Shown here piece after piece: positions 17,288 through 27,105 of a DNA stretch of 64,000 nucleotides (position 1 is its first letter; each line of letters begins with the position of its first letter). This DNA comes from an uncultured Candidatus Saccharibacteria bacterium (GTDB lineage Bacteria > Patescibacteriota > Minisyncoccia > Phycocordibacterales > UBA9973): NCBI GenBank assembly GCA_964623415.1, contig CAZUUH010000001.1, positions 1,305 through 65,304 on the forward strand. The letters run 5' to 3'. A program made the position numbers and the translations under genes. A model generated the notes under the pieces. The model saw only the letters and a program-made list of their open reading frames with translations, made no database searches and was not told the DNA's origin.

Positions 17288-18475
17288 ATGTCTAATAACG
17301 AAAATATATTTATAGAGCCGTGGATTGAGAGAGATGTCTTTGCAGATGTTGATTTTTCGAAAGTTAAAACCCCGGCTTATATTGTGGGTGAAGAAAAGCT
17401 CGAGAATAATTTAAAGATTCTAAATAAAGTAGAGAAAGGAACTGGTGCTAAAATTCTGATGGCTATAAAAAGTTTTTCCATGTTTAAAGTTTTTCCTCTT
17501 GCTCGCAAATATCTTTCTGGTTCTGAAGCTAGCTCTGTAAATGAGGCGAAGCTTGGCCACACAAAGTTTGGAAAAGAAACTCATACCTTTTCTCCTTCTT
17601 ATACAAATAAAAATATAAAAGAATATTTAAAGTATTCAGATCATTTAGTTTTTAATTCATTTTCTCAGTGGAATAAATTTAAGGATGTCTGCAACGGAAA
17701 AGCTTCTTGTGGAATAAGAGTAAATGTAGAGCATAGCGAAACAGATAATCCTATGTATGACCCAAGTAGACCAAAATCACATTTTGGTGTAACTATTTCA
17801 AACTTTCAAAATGAGAACATTGAAGGTCTAGAAGGATTACATTTTCATAATCTTTGTGAATTAAATGCAGATGCACTGGAAAGAACCCTAAAAGTTTTCG
17901 AAGATAAATTTGGAAAATATTTAGCTAAAATGAAATGGGTGAATTTTGGTGGAGGGCATCACATAACTCGTAAAGATTATGATTTAGATTTACTTTATAA
18001 AACAATAAAAGATTTTAAAACAAGGTATCCTCATTTAGAGGTGTACTTAGAACCAGGAGAAGCTATCGCACTTAATGCTGGAGTCCTCGTGGGTAGTGTT
18101 GTAGATACTTTTAATAATGGTATAAATATAGCTGTTTTGGATGTTTCTCCTACTTGTCATATGCCAGATGTCATAGAAATGCCTTATTTACCTACTATTT
18201 TAGGGGCTAAATCGGCCACAGAGCGAAGTAGTGATATTTATCGCCTAGTAGGACCTAGCTGTCTTACTGGGGATGTAATAGGCGAATATTCTTTCAATAA
18301 ACCTTTAAAGGTTGGTGATAAGGTTGTGTTCTTGAACATGGCCATATATACTATGGTGAAAAATAATACTTTTAATGGAGTAAATTTACCAGATATTTCT
18401 TTATTAAATAAAAAAGGTAAAATAAAAGTAATTAAAAGTTTCGGATACGAAGATTTTAAGAATAGATTATCATAA
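17288..18475 (+). CDS. nspC: Carboxy(nor)spermidine decarboxylase
   Basis: Fold-III PLP decarboxylase of about 395 aa (AIKSFSMFKV, GGGHHIT). Length and context match NspC. Confidence 0.75.
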   Translation: MSNNENIFIEPWIERDVFADVDFSKVKTPAYIVGEEKLENNLKILNKVEKGTGAKILMAIKSFSMFKVFPLARKYLSGSEASSVNEAKLGHTKFGKETHTFSPSYTNKNIKEYLKYSDHLVFNSFSQWNKFKDVCNGKASCGIRVNVEHSETDNPMYDPSRPKSHFGVTISNFQNENIEGLEGLHFHNLCELNADALERTLKVFEDKFGKYLAKMKWVNFGGGHHITRKDYDLDLLYKTIKDFKTRYPHLEVYLEPGEAIALNAGVLVGSVVDTFNNGINIAVLDVSPTCHMPDVIEMPYLPTILGAKSATERSSDIYRLVGPSCLTGDVIGEYSFNKPLKVGDKVVFLNMAIYTMVKNNTFNGVNLPDISLLNKKGKIKVIKSFGYEDFKNRLS

Positions 18476-18480
18476 AAATT

Positions 18481-19533
18481 ATGGAAAATAAAAAAATATT
18501 AGAAGAAAAAATTTCAAATTTTAATCCAAACGAGAATGGTCTTTTCGAACATGGAATCTTTGGATTACCTTTTAATATAGAAGAATCCGAATTAGTACTT
18601 GTCCCTGTGCCTTGGGAAGCCACAGTTTCTTATGGAAGTGGTTCTTCAAAAGGACCAAAGACAATACTTGATGCTTCACAACAGATTGATTTGTATGATT
18701 CTATCTATCCAAATGGTTGGAAAAGGGGAATTGCTATGCAAGATATACCTACAGATATGTATTACGAGAATATGCAAGTCTGCAAGAAAGTTTCTACCTA
18801 TTTAGGAAGTTTTTTAACTGGAAATAAAGACGAAGCACTCCTAGAAGAGATAAATAATGACTGCAAGAATCTTAATAAACGTATTGAAGAAGTTGTAGAT
18901 GGACTTTTAAAAAAAGGAAAAATTGTTGGAATAGTGGGAGGGGATCATAGCTCTCCTTTTGGATATTTCAAATCTTTGGCAAAGAAATATAGAGAATTTG
19001 GGGTTTTATACATAGATGCTCACGCAGATCTTAGATGTGCATATGAAGGTTTTAATTATTCTCATGCTTCCATATTCCACAATGTTCTCTCTATCCCAAA
19101 CATTTCAAAATTAGTTCAAGTTGGAGTAAGAGATATAAGTGAGGAAGAAATGAATATCGTAAAAGATCAAAAAGATAGAATTAAGTTATTTTCTGATTAT
19201 GAAATTAAAAAGGAATTATTTGAAGGAAAAAGTTGGGCAAAAAAATGTGATGAAATAGTAAAAAATTTACCAAAGGACGTTTATATATCTTTTGATATCG
19301 ATGGTCTCGCTCCTTACCTTTGCCCAAATACTGGTACTCCGGTTCCAGGGGGTCTAGGGATAGATGAGCTGGTTTTCTTATTTGAAAAGATAATAGAATC
19401 TAAAAGAAAAATTATTGGTTTTGACCTTTGTGAAGTAGTTCCTGGTAAAGACGGAGATGAATGGGACGGAAACGTCGGCGCTCGCGTACTCTACAAGCTT
19501 TGTTTACTTGCATTAAAAAGTAATTCTTGTTAG
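18481..19533 (+). CDS. speB: Agmatinase (arginase/ureohydrolase family)
   Basis: GGDHS, DAHADL and SFDIDGLAP metal-binding motifs, in polyamine-gene context. Confidence 0.7.
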   Translation: MENKKILEEKISNFNPNENGLFEHGIFGLPFNIEESELVLVPVPWEATVSYGSGSSKGPKTILDASQQIDLYDSIYPNGWKRGIAMQDIPTDMYYENMQVCKKVSTYLGSFLTGNKDEALLEEINNDCKNLNKRIEEVVDGLLKKGKIVGIVGGDHSSPFGYFKSLAKKYREFGVLYIDAHADLRCAYEGFNYSHASIFHNVLSIPNISKLVQVGVRDISEEEMNIVKDQKDRIKLFSDYEIKKELFEGKSWAKKCDEIVKNLPKDVYISFDIDGLAPYLCPNTGTPVPGGLGIDELVFLFEKIIESKRKIIGFDLCEVVPGKDGDEWDGNVGARVLYKLCLLALKSNSC

Positions 19534-19667
19534 TTTAAGTCAAAATCACTTTCAAATAAAAATTCACTTTTAAACCCTAGATGAACCGACTAGGTAATTA
19601 AACGGTAAATGTTATGATAAAAGAAGTAAATGAACTCAAGTTTTATCTTACAAAGAATACTGTGTTT

Positions 19668-21050
19668 TTATTCTATAAATATTTCCTGTCCATTATCTGT
19701 GTCCTTTACTTCATAACCAAGTTTGTTTATCTCGTAACGTAATTTATCACTTTCTTTCCAGTCTTTATTCTGTCTTGCAACTTCTCTAGCTTCTACGAGT
19801 TTCTTAACACTTTTAGGAATTTTATCTTTCTTAAGTTTCAAGATATCAAAACCAAGAACTCTATCAAAGTCTATAATTGTAGCAAGCTTGTCTTCTTTTT
19901 TAATATCTGATTTTAATAAATCTTGAACTATTGCCATAGCTTTGGGCATATTCAAATCATCGTTTATTGCACTTAAAAATTGATCAGCAAATATTTTATC
20001 AGTATTACCAACCTTGTCCCCAAGATTTTTAACTCTATTTATCAGATTATTAAATCCATTTTTTGCAGATATAAGTACATCATCTGTCCATTCCATTTTC
20101 TTTCTGTAATGAACTAAAAATGTTGCGTACCTGAAAGCAAGAGGATTTATATTTTTATTTATAAACTCACTTTTAATAGTTAAAAAATTTCCGGTACTTT
20201 TAGCCATCTTTTCATCATTACCCAAATTAAGGAATTCTCCATGCACCCAATAATTTACCCAAGGTTTTACACCAGTAAAAGCTTCTGTCTGTGCTATTTC
20301 ATTGGTATGATGAGTATTTATATGGTCAACAGCACCACAGTGTATATCAAAATGACTTCCTAGATATTTTAAGCTTATTGCAGAGCACTCTATATGCCAA
20401 CCAGGAAAACCTACACCCCAAGGACTATTCCATTCCATTTGTCTTTTTATATCCCTAGGAGAAAATTTCCATAAAGCAAAATCTGTGGGGTTTCTTTTGT
20501 ATTCATTTATTTCAACTCTCGCACCCTCCCATAGATCTTCTATATTTTGATGAGAAAGTTTAGTGTAATCTTCTACTTTTGAAGTATCAAAATATATGCC
20601 GTCAGCAATTTTATATGTATAACCCTTTTCTTCTAAAATTTTAATCATTTTTATTTGATCTTTTATATGAGAAGTAACAGCACAAAATCTATTGGGGTAG
20701 AGAATATTTAAATTTTTTAAATCTTCTTTAAATGATTTTGTATAAAATTTTGTTATAAATTTAGCTTTTTTGTTTTCCTTTACTGATTCCTTTTCTATTT
20801 TATCTTCACCCATATCTCTGTCACCAGTTAGATGACCAACATCTGTAATATTCATAACATGTTTTACTAAATAACCATTATATAGAATTACACGTTTTAA
20901 CACGTCTTCAAAAATATATGTTCTCATATTACCAATATGAGCATAATTATAAACAGTAGGACCACAAGTATACATATATACTTTTGTGGGTATTATGGGT
21001 GTAAATTCTTCTTTTTCTCTTCTAAGAGTGTTAAATATTACTAAAGACAT
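19668..21050 (-). CDS. cysS: Cysteine--tRNA ligase
   Basis: Class I HIGN motif (YNYAHIGNMRTY) and KMSKS variant KMAKSTGN. Confidence 0.9.
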   Translation of the reverse strand: MSLVIFNTLRREKEEFTPIIPTKVYMYTCGPTVYNYAHIGNMRTYIFEDVLKRVILYNGYLVKHVMNITDVGHLTGDRDMGEDKIEKESVKENKKAKFITKFYTKSFKEDLKNLNILYPNRFCAVTSHIKDQIKMIKILEEKGYTYKIADGIYFDTSKVEDYTKLSHQNIEDLWEGARVEINEYKRNPTDFALWKFSPRDIKRQMEWNSPWGVGFPGWHIECSAISLKYLGSHFDIHCGAVDHINTHHTNEIAQTEAFTGVKPWVNYWVHGEFLNLGNDEKMAKSTGNFLTIKSEFINKNINPLAFRYATFLVHYRKKMEWTDDVLISAKNGFNNLINRVKNLGDKVGNTDKIFADQFLSAINDDLNMPKAMAIVQDLLKSDIKKEDKLATIIDFDRVLGFDILKLKKDKIPKSVKKLVEAREVARQNKDWKESDKLRYEINKLGYEVKDTDNGQEIFIE

Positions 21051-21840
21051 ATAAAAAAGTTAAAACAGTTACTATTAATGATAATGTTGTTAATCTTATT
21101 AATATCTTTATCTTTTTACTATTCTTATCTATTAACATCAAATTAGTAATGTTATAAAGATTTGTGAAATTTTTACTTTGCTCACTTATCATATCTTTTG
21201 ATTCAGAATGTTCATTTTGAATTACCGAATTATAATAATCAAAATGCTCACCAAATATGTTTACAAGATTTTCAAAGAATACCTTCAATATTCTTTCGTT
21301 TGAATTCAAGCTTTTGTCTATTTTAATTAATAAATAATTCTTATTATATATAAGTTTAGAAATATTTTTATTTTTAGGATTTATAATTTTATTCTCTAGT
21401 TCTTTAACTGCTAAACCATTTATGGTCAGTTGCTCTTTAAGATTAACATACAAGCTTTTCATTAAATAAAAAGATAGCAAACCATTGTTTGTTATTTTAA
21501 GCTTATCTAAAATAGCAGAATCCATTTCTAAATTATTTAAAAACTCCGAAATAGCATCTATCTTATTGTCATGTATAGTTAGGACAATATCTTCACCGAC
21601 TATAAACATTATTTTATTATCTGTAATTTTATTGTCATTATGGATTATTTTAGGAAAATAAAATGAAGCAAAAATTGTACCACTTGTAGATTTTATTTTA
21701 GTTTTTTGTGTTTTTGAACGTATTTCTTCTTCTATTGGTATTGGAATTTGATATTCTTCAAGAAGATAAACAAGCTCTTCTTCTGTAGGGGATTCGAGAT
21801 CTATCCAAAGCAAACCGTTGTGACTATATTTCGATATCAT
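21031..21840 (-). CDS. CorA-like protein truncated after the first TM helix (no GMN motif); possible remnant or degenerate gene
   Basis: N-terminal LLWIDLESPTEEELVYLLEEYQIPIPIEEEIRSK is CorA-like. There is a single C-terminal TM helix, and the ORF ends 20 nt into cysS. Confidence 0.4.
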   Translation of the reverse strand: MISKYSHNGLLWIDLESPTEEELVYLLEEYQIPIPIEEEIRSKTQKTKIKSTSGTIFASFYFPKIIHNDNKITDNKIMFIVGEDIVLTIHDNKIDAISEFLNNLEMDSAILDKLKITNNGLLSFYLMKSLYVNLKEQLTINGLAVKELENKIINPKNKNISKLIYNKNYLLIKIDKSLNSNERILKVFFENLVNIFGEHFDYYNSVIQNEHSESKDMISEQSKNFTNLYNITNLMLIDKNSKKIKILIRLTTLSLIVTVLTFLYVFSNI

Positions 21841-21900
21841 ATATATTATATTATACTAGGTAAAAACATATTTTCAAAACAGTAAAAGATAATACAGGGG

Positions 21901-21929
21901 TTGCATTTTAAATGATTTTTGTGTAATAT
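21901..21929 (+). promoter_or_regulatory. Sigma70-like promoter TTGCAT-17-TAATAT upstream of rplU
   Basis: Hexamers read directly. A small hairpin tctaagaa/ttcttaga at 21937-21959 follows, just before the ATG. Confidence 0.4.
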
Positions 21930-21970
21930 AGCTTTATCTAAGAAAATAGTCTTCTTAGACAAACAATTTT

Positions 21971-22345
21971 ATGGCTACTAAAAAAACTACAATAATAAAA
22001 GACAAAGGTGTTGTTGATATAGAAAATAATGAATTCGCAGTTATTTTTACTGGTGGAAAACAGTATAAAGTATATGTAGGCAATACATTGAAGATAGAGA
22101 AATTAGAGGGGGATTTTAAAATGGGTGATAAAATCATTTTTGATAAAGTCTTACTTGTAGATAATGGCATAGATACAACAATAGGTTCACCATATATAAA
22201 TGGAGCCAAGGTTGAAGCAATTTTTCAAAAAAATGCTAAGCATCAAACAGTTAAAGTTGTAAAATATAAACAAAAAAGTAGATACTTAAAGAAAAACGGG
22301 CACAGGCAACCATACACAGAAGTCAAAATTTCTTCAATTAAATAA
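21971..22345 (+). CDS. rplU: 50S ribosomal protein L21
   Basis: FAVIFTGGKQYKVYVGNTLKIEKL matches the L21 core. Confidence 0.85.
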   Translation: MATKKTTIIKDKGVVDIENNEFAVIFTGGKQYKVYVGNTLKIEKLEGDFKMGDKIIFDKVLLVDNGIDTTIGSPYINGAKVEAIFQKNAKHQTVKVVKYKQKSRYLKKNGHRQPYTEVKISSIK

Positions 22346-22346
22346 A

Positions 22347-22375
22347 ATAAAACGCCCATTGGGCGTTTTATTATT
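22347..22375. terminator. Bidirectional intrinsic terminator (aaaacgccca-t-tgggcgtttt) between rplU and recR
   Basis: Perfect 10-bp palindrome flanked by A and T runs. Confidence 0.65.
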
Positions 22376-22994
22376 GTCTATTTTTAAGTGCATTTTTTAT
22401 CGTTTCAGAATCTGAGTATTCAAGTTCAGTCCCAGTAGAGAGTCCGCGACCCAAAGATACAATTTTAAAATTAAATTTTTTCTGTAGCGAAGATAACATT
22501 TCTCTTATATACATATCTGTATGTTCTCCTTGTGGGTTTAATGATAATGCAATTATTATTTCCTTTAAAACACCACTCGACAAACCCTCCTCTACTTTTT
22601 TTATTAATTCTTTTAAATGTATGAAGGATGGAGTTTCTTTCGTAACAATAGGGACTAAACCTCCTAAAATAAAGTACATCCCATTATAATTTTTACTTTT
22701 AGATATTGATTCATAATCAACATCTTTCTCTACAATTAGAAGAGAACTTCTGTCAGTTTTTAGGTTAGAACAATTTTTACAAAAATTTTCTTTATTAAAT
22801 TCATCTTCAAAAAACAAAAAACAAGACGGACATTGTTTAATATTATTCTTTATAGAACTAATGCTCTCTGATAAATCTTTTACATACTGCTTATTTTTAT
22901 GTAATAGGAAATAAACAAAACGCTTTGCTTGGCGTTCGCCAATACCAGGAAATTCTTTAAAATATTTTGATAATTTTTCTATTTGATTTTCCAT
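22371..22994 (-). CDS. recR: Recombination protein RecR
   Basis: HhH motif FPGIGERQAKRF, a C4 zinc finger (CPSC...CKNC) and a Toprim C-terminus. Confidence 0.88.
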   Translation of the reverse strand: MENQIEKLSKYFKEFPGIGERQAKRFVYFLLHKNKQYVKDLSESISSIKNNIKQCPSCFLFFEDEFNKENFCKNCSNLKTDRSSLLIVEKDVDYESISKSKNYNGMYFILGGLVPIVTKETPSFIHLKELIKKVEEGLSSGVLKEIIIALSLNPQGEHTDMYIREMLSSLQKKFNFKIVSLGRGLSTGTELEYSDSETIKNALKNRQ

Positions 22995-23013
22995 AATTTA
23001 AAAATTCTAGAAA

Positions 23014-24399
23014 TTAAAATCCTTCAATATCTGCTTTAGAAATACCACTGTTACTACCATTATTATTCTTATCGATGGTCATAAAAGTCGTTGTTTTCTC
23101 ATCAAAATATAAATCAACCTTACCAACTGGTCCATTTCTATGTTTTTCAATAAGAATTTCTGCAATATTTGTTTTTTCGCTTTCATCTTTACCTTTGTCT
23201 TCTCTGTGAATAAACATCACAATATCAGCATCTTGTTCAATGGATCCAGAATCACGAAGGTCAGATAATCGTGGCCTACCACCACGAGATTCAACAGCAC
23301 GAGAAAGCTGTGATAAAGCAAGCACTGGTACATCAAACTCTTTTGCGAGAGATTTAAGAGATCGTGATATTTCTGTCACTTGATTAACCATACTATCATA
23401 ATTCTTAGATGTAGACATCAGCTGTAAATAATCAACAATGATTAACCCGAGCCCGTGTTCAGCTTTAATACGTCTACACACAGAACGCATTCTAGCTATA
23501 GAGTTACCAGCAAGATCGTCAACAAAAATTGGTGCCTTGGATAGACTATCAAGCGAGTCTCTTATTTTTGCAAATTCTGTTTCAGATGATAGATTACCAG
23601 TTCGAAGACTCCAAGCATTAACTCTTGATTGAGCTGCTAGAAGTCTATCCACTAATTGTTGAGTACTCATTTCCAAGGAAAATATTGTTACTGAAGTTTT
23701 ATTATTCAAAGCTGCCTGTCTGGCAATATCCAAAGCTAGAGTTGTTTTACCCATAGATGGTCGAGCTGCTAAAATAATTAAATCAGACCTCTGAAGGCCA
23801 GAAAGATATTGATCAAGATCACGAAATCCTGTAGGAACACCACGAAGTTCACCTTTGTTCTCGTGAAGTTTTTCTAATCTTTCCCATGCTTCTGGTAAAC
23901 TATCACGAAGTGCATGAACTGTATTACCGCCAGAGTTACTACTAATACCCATCATTTTCTTTTCTGCTTGATCCAATACATCTAAAACATCTTCAATATC
24001 TTCTCTAAACCCCAACTCTGAGATATCGTCACCAGCATCAATTATTTTTCTAAGAATATGCTTTTTGTTAACTATATCAGCGTAATATCTAATATTAGTA
24101 GAAGCAGGTACGGAGTTAGTTAATTCACTTAGATATACATTCCCGCCAACTTGATCGAGAAAACTCTTTTCTTCAAGTTTTTGAGAAAGTGAGAGTAAAT
24201 CTATCGGTTGACCCTTACTAGAAAGCTCAAGCATTGATTTAAATATTTCACTATGCCTAGAAACATAAAAAGAATCTGGTTTTATAAAATCTATTATTTC
24301 ATGTATCGCACCAGGTCTTAACATTATAGAACCGAGAATAGCTTTCTCAGCATCAATACTCTGTGGTGGAACTCTAAGTTTTTCTTTTCTTTCACTCAT
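23014..24399 (-). CDS. dnaB: Replicative DNA helicase DnaB
   Basis: N-terminal PPQSIDAEKAILGSIM, Walker A ARPSMGKTTLAL and the RecA-like C-domain. Confidence 0.92.
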   Translation of the reverse strand: MSERKEKLRVPPQSIDAEKAILGSIMLRPGAIHEIIDFIKPDSFYVSRHSEIFKSMLELSSKGQPIDLLSLSQKLEEKSFLDQVGGNVYLSELTNSVPASTNIRYYADIVNKKHILRKIIDAGDDISELGFREDIEDVLDVLDQAEKKMMGISSNSGGNTVHALRDSLPEAWERLEKLHENKGELRGVPTGFRDLDQYLSGLQRSDLIILAARPSMGKTTLALDIARQAALNNKTSVTIFSLEMSTQQLVDRLLAAQSRVNAWSLRTGNLSSETEFAKIRDSLDSLSKAPIFVDDLAGNSIARMRSVCRRIKAEHGLGLIIVDYLQLMSTSKNYDSMVNQVTEISRSLKSLAKEFDVPVLALSQLSRAVESRGGRPRLSDLRDSGSIEQDADIVMFIHREDKGKDESEKTNIAEILIEKHRNGPVGKVDLYFDEKTTTFMTIDKNNNGSNSGISKADIEGF

Positions 24400-24504
24400 A
24401 GAAATTATTGTATATTATAATAAGATTTTTTAAAACTGGTAATTTTGGACAAATGTGTTAGTAATATGTGCAAAACTATTCATTTTTTGGTATTATATTA
24501 AAAT

Positions 24505-25476
24505 ATGGGAAAAAGACTTTTATCAGGAGTAAAACCAACTGGAGCACCACATTTAGGTAACTATTTTGGGGCTATGCAACAGTTCGTAAGGTTACAAAAT
24601 GAATATGATTCTTTCATAATGATTGCGGACTATCATGCGCTCAATCTAATTCACGATAAAAAAGAAATGGAGTCTAATATCCTTGGAGTTGCTTTAGATT
24701 ACCTTGCAATAGGTTTAAATCCTAAAAAAGTAGCAATATTCAAACAATCAGACATAAGTTCTCATACAGAACTTGCTTGGATTTTCGACACCATAACAAC
24801 GGTTCCATATTTAATGAGAGCTCATGCCTTTAAAGATGCAGAAGCAAAGAATAAAGAAATAAATGTTGGAACTTTCAATTATCCAATGCTTATGGCAGCT
24901 GATATTCTGCTTTACGACACAGAAATTGTACCTGTCGGCTCTGATCAAAAACAACATGTTGAATATGCTAGAGATACTGCTGTAAAATTTAATAATATTT
25001 TTGGTCAAACTTTTGCTATACCAGAACCACTAATTATTAACGATATTGCAACAATAAAAGGTACTGATGGGAGAAAGATGAGTAAGAGTTATAAAAATAC
25101 AATACCTCTATTTGGAACAGATGATGAAATCAAAAAAGCAGTTATGAGTATTGTTACTGATTCTAAATCTCCCAATGAAGCCAAAAATCCAGATGAGTGT
25201 AATATTTTTAATTTACATAAATTGTTCTTAAAAGAAGATGATATAAATATTCTTAGAAAAAGATATGAAGAGGGTACTATTGGATACAAAGAATCTAAAG
25301 AAATGCTTTTTTTAGAAATACTAGATCTAGTTAAGCCAATGAGAGAAAGAAGAGATTATTATGCTAAAAATATAAAGAAAGTTAAGAACATATTAAAATA
25401 TGGTGCAAAGAAAGCTAATAAAATAGCTAAGAATAAAATAGAGGTCGTTAAGAATAAAATAGGTGTTAATTTATGA
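24505..25476 (+). CDS. trpS: Tryptophan--tRNA ligase
   Basis: LSGVKPTGAPHLGNY (HIGH region) and KMSKS. Confidence 0.9.
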   Translation: MGKRLLSGVKPTGAPHLGNYFGAMQQFVRLQNEYDSFIMIADYHALNLIHDKKEMESNILGVALDYLAIGLNPKKVAIFKQSDISSHTELAWIFDTITTVPYLMRAHAFKDAEAKNKEINVGTFNYPMLMAADILLYDTEIVPVGSDQKQHVEYARDTAVKFNNIFGQTFAIPEPLIINDIATIKGTDGRKMSKSYKNTIPLFGTDDEIKKAVMSIVTDSKSPNEAKNPDECNIFNLHKLFLKEDDINILRKRYEEGTIGYKESKEMLFLEILDLVKPMRERRDYYAKNIKKVKNILKYGAKKANKIAKNKIEVVKNKIGVNL

Positions 25477-25685
25477 AATATTTAATTACTTTTGTTTTGG
25501 TTGTATTAAATCTAATCAATATTCCACTTAATAAATTGTTTGTAACTACTCAGAAATGGTATTTACCAATGTGGAAAAAAGATAAAGTTATATATTTTGC
25601 CTTTGCGCCTTTTTACTGGATTCTAACAGCTCTAACATTTATTTTTGGATACCCAAGTGAGCTTTTAGCAAGATTAATACATTAA
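25473..25685 (+). CDS. Small hypothetical membrane protein (2 TM)
   Basis: The ORF overlaps the trpS stop (ATGA) and has two hydrophobic segments. No homology recognised. Confidence 0.3.
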   Translation: MKYLITFVLVVLNLINIPLNKLFVTTQKWYLPMWKKDKVIYFAFAPFYWILTALTFIFGYPSELLARLIH

Positions 25686-25697
25686 AAATTAAAATAT

Positions 25698-27104
25698 ATG
25701 CAAGAAAGAAAATATATAAAAGATTTAGAGAATTTAATTGGGCAAGAGGTTACAATATCTGGATGGGTAGATGTAAGACGTGATCAAGGAAAAATGATTT
25801 TTCTTGATTTTCGAGATGTTACTGGTATTGTCCAAGGAGTAATATTGCCAAATAGTGAAGCTATGATTCTAGGTAAAACTCTTAGGGAAGAATTTGTAGT
25901 TTCTATTTTAGGTAAAGTAAATGAGAGACCAGATAAAAACAAAAAAGAAGGGGTCTTGAATGGTAATATAGAGCTTGAAGTTCTTAAAATTGAGATATTA
26001 AATGAATCTAAGGCGCTTCCTTTCCCAATAGGTGGAGATACGAGAGATATAAATGAGTCTGTACGTTTAAAATATAGATATCTAGATCTTAGAAATGCGA
26101 GGATGCACAAAAATATAGATCATCGTTTTAGAATACAAAATTATATAAGAAAATATCTTGAAGAAAATAGTTTTACCGAAATAGAAACTCCATTACTTTC
26201 AGCTCCAACCCCTGAAGGATCTAGATCTTACATAGTGCCAAGTAGAATTTGGCAAGGAAATTTTTATTCATTACCGCAATCACCACAACAATATAAGCAA
26301 TTATTAATGGTTGCTGGTTTTGAAAAATACTTTCAATTTGCTAGGTGTATGAGAGATGAGGACACACGTGGTGATCGTCAACCAGAATTTACTCAGCTTG
26401 ATATAGAAATGTCTTTCGTAACAGAAGAAGAAGTAATGCAATTAAACGAAAAGATGCTTATTAATTTAGTTCAAAAATATTATCCTAATAAAAAAATACA
26501 GCAAATTCCATTTCCAAGAATTTCTTATAAAGAAGCAATGGAAAAATATGGCAATGATAGACCAGATATAAGAGAAAACAAAAACGACAATGACCTTCTT
26601 GCGTTTTTATGGGTTGTAGATTTTCCAATGTTTGAAAAGACTGGAGAAGATAATGTTGATGGTACTGGTGAATGGACATTTACACATAATCCATTTTCTA
26701 AACCTAGAGATAATCATTTTGAGAAATTTATGCAAAAAGAAGATATTGGTAGTATTTTAACAACCCAATATGATATTACTTTAAATGGTCTTGAAATTGG
26801 AGGTGGAAGTATAAGAAACCATAAAGCTGAAGCTCTAAAGAATACTTTTGAAATTATGGGTTATGATAAAGATAGAATAGATAATAACTTTGGTCATATG
26901 TTAGAAGCTTTGGATTTTGGAGCACCTCCACACGGTGGAATTGCTTGGGGTTTTGATAGGTTAATAATGATACTTGAAAATGAACCAAATATTCGTGAAG
27001 TTATTCCTTTTGCAAAAACAGGAGATGGTAAAGATTTAATGATGAACGCACCCACAAAAGTATCCGATAATCAACTTAAAGAACTTGGTATAAATAAAAA
27101 ATAA
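25698..27104 (+). CDS. aspS: Aspartate--tRNA ligase (compact form)
   Basis: FQFARCMRDEDTRGDRQPEFTQLDIEMSF (motif 2) and GGSIRNH...GFDRLIMIL (motif 3). At 468 aa it is shorter than typical bacterial AspRS (reduced insertion domain). Confidence 0.88.
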   Translation: MQERKYIKDLENLIGQEVTISGWVDVRRDQGKMIFLDFRDVTGIVQGVILPNSEAMILGKTLREEFVVSILGKVNERPDKNKKEGVLNGNIELEVLKIEILNESKALPFPIGGDTRDINESVRLKYRYLDLRNARMHKNIDHRFRIQNYIRKYLEENSFTEIETPLLSAPTPEGSRSYIVPSRIWQGNFYSLPQSPQQYKQLLMVAGFEKYFQFARCMRDEDTRGDRQPEFTQLDIEMSFVTEEEVMQLNEKMLINLVQKYYPNKKIQQIPFPRISYKEAMEKYGNDRPDIRENKNDNDLLAFLWVVDFPMFEKTGEDNVDGTGEWTFTHNPFSKPRDNHFEKFMQKEDIGSILTTQYDITLNGLEIGGGSIRNHKAEALKNTFEIMGYDKDRIDNNFGHMLEALDFGAPPHGGIAWGFDRLIMILENEPNIREVIPFAKTGDGKDLMMNAPTKVSDNQLKELGINKK

Positions 27105-27105
27105 T

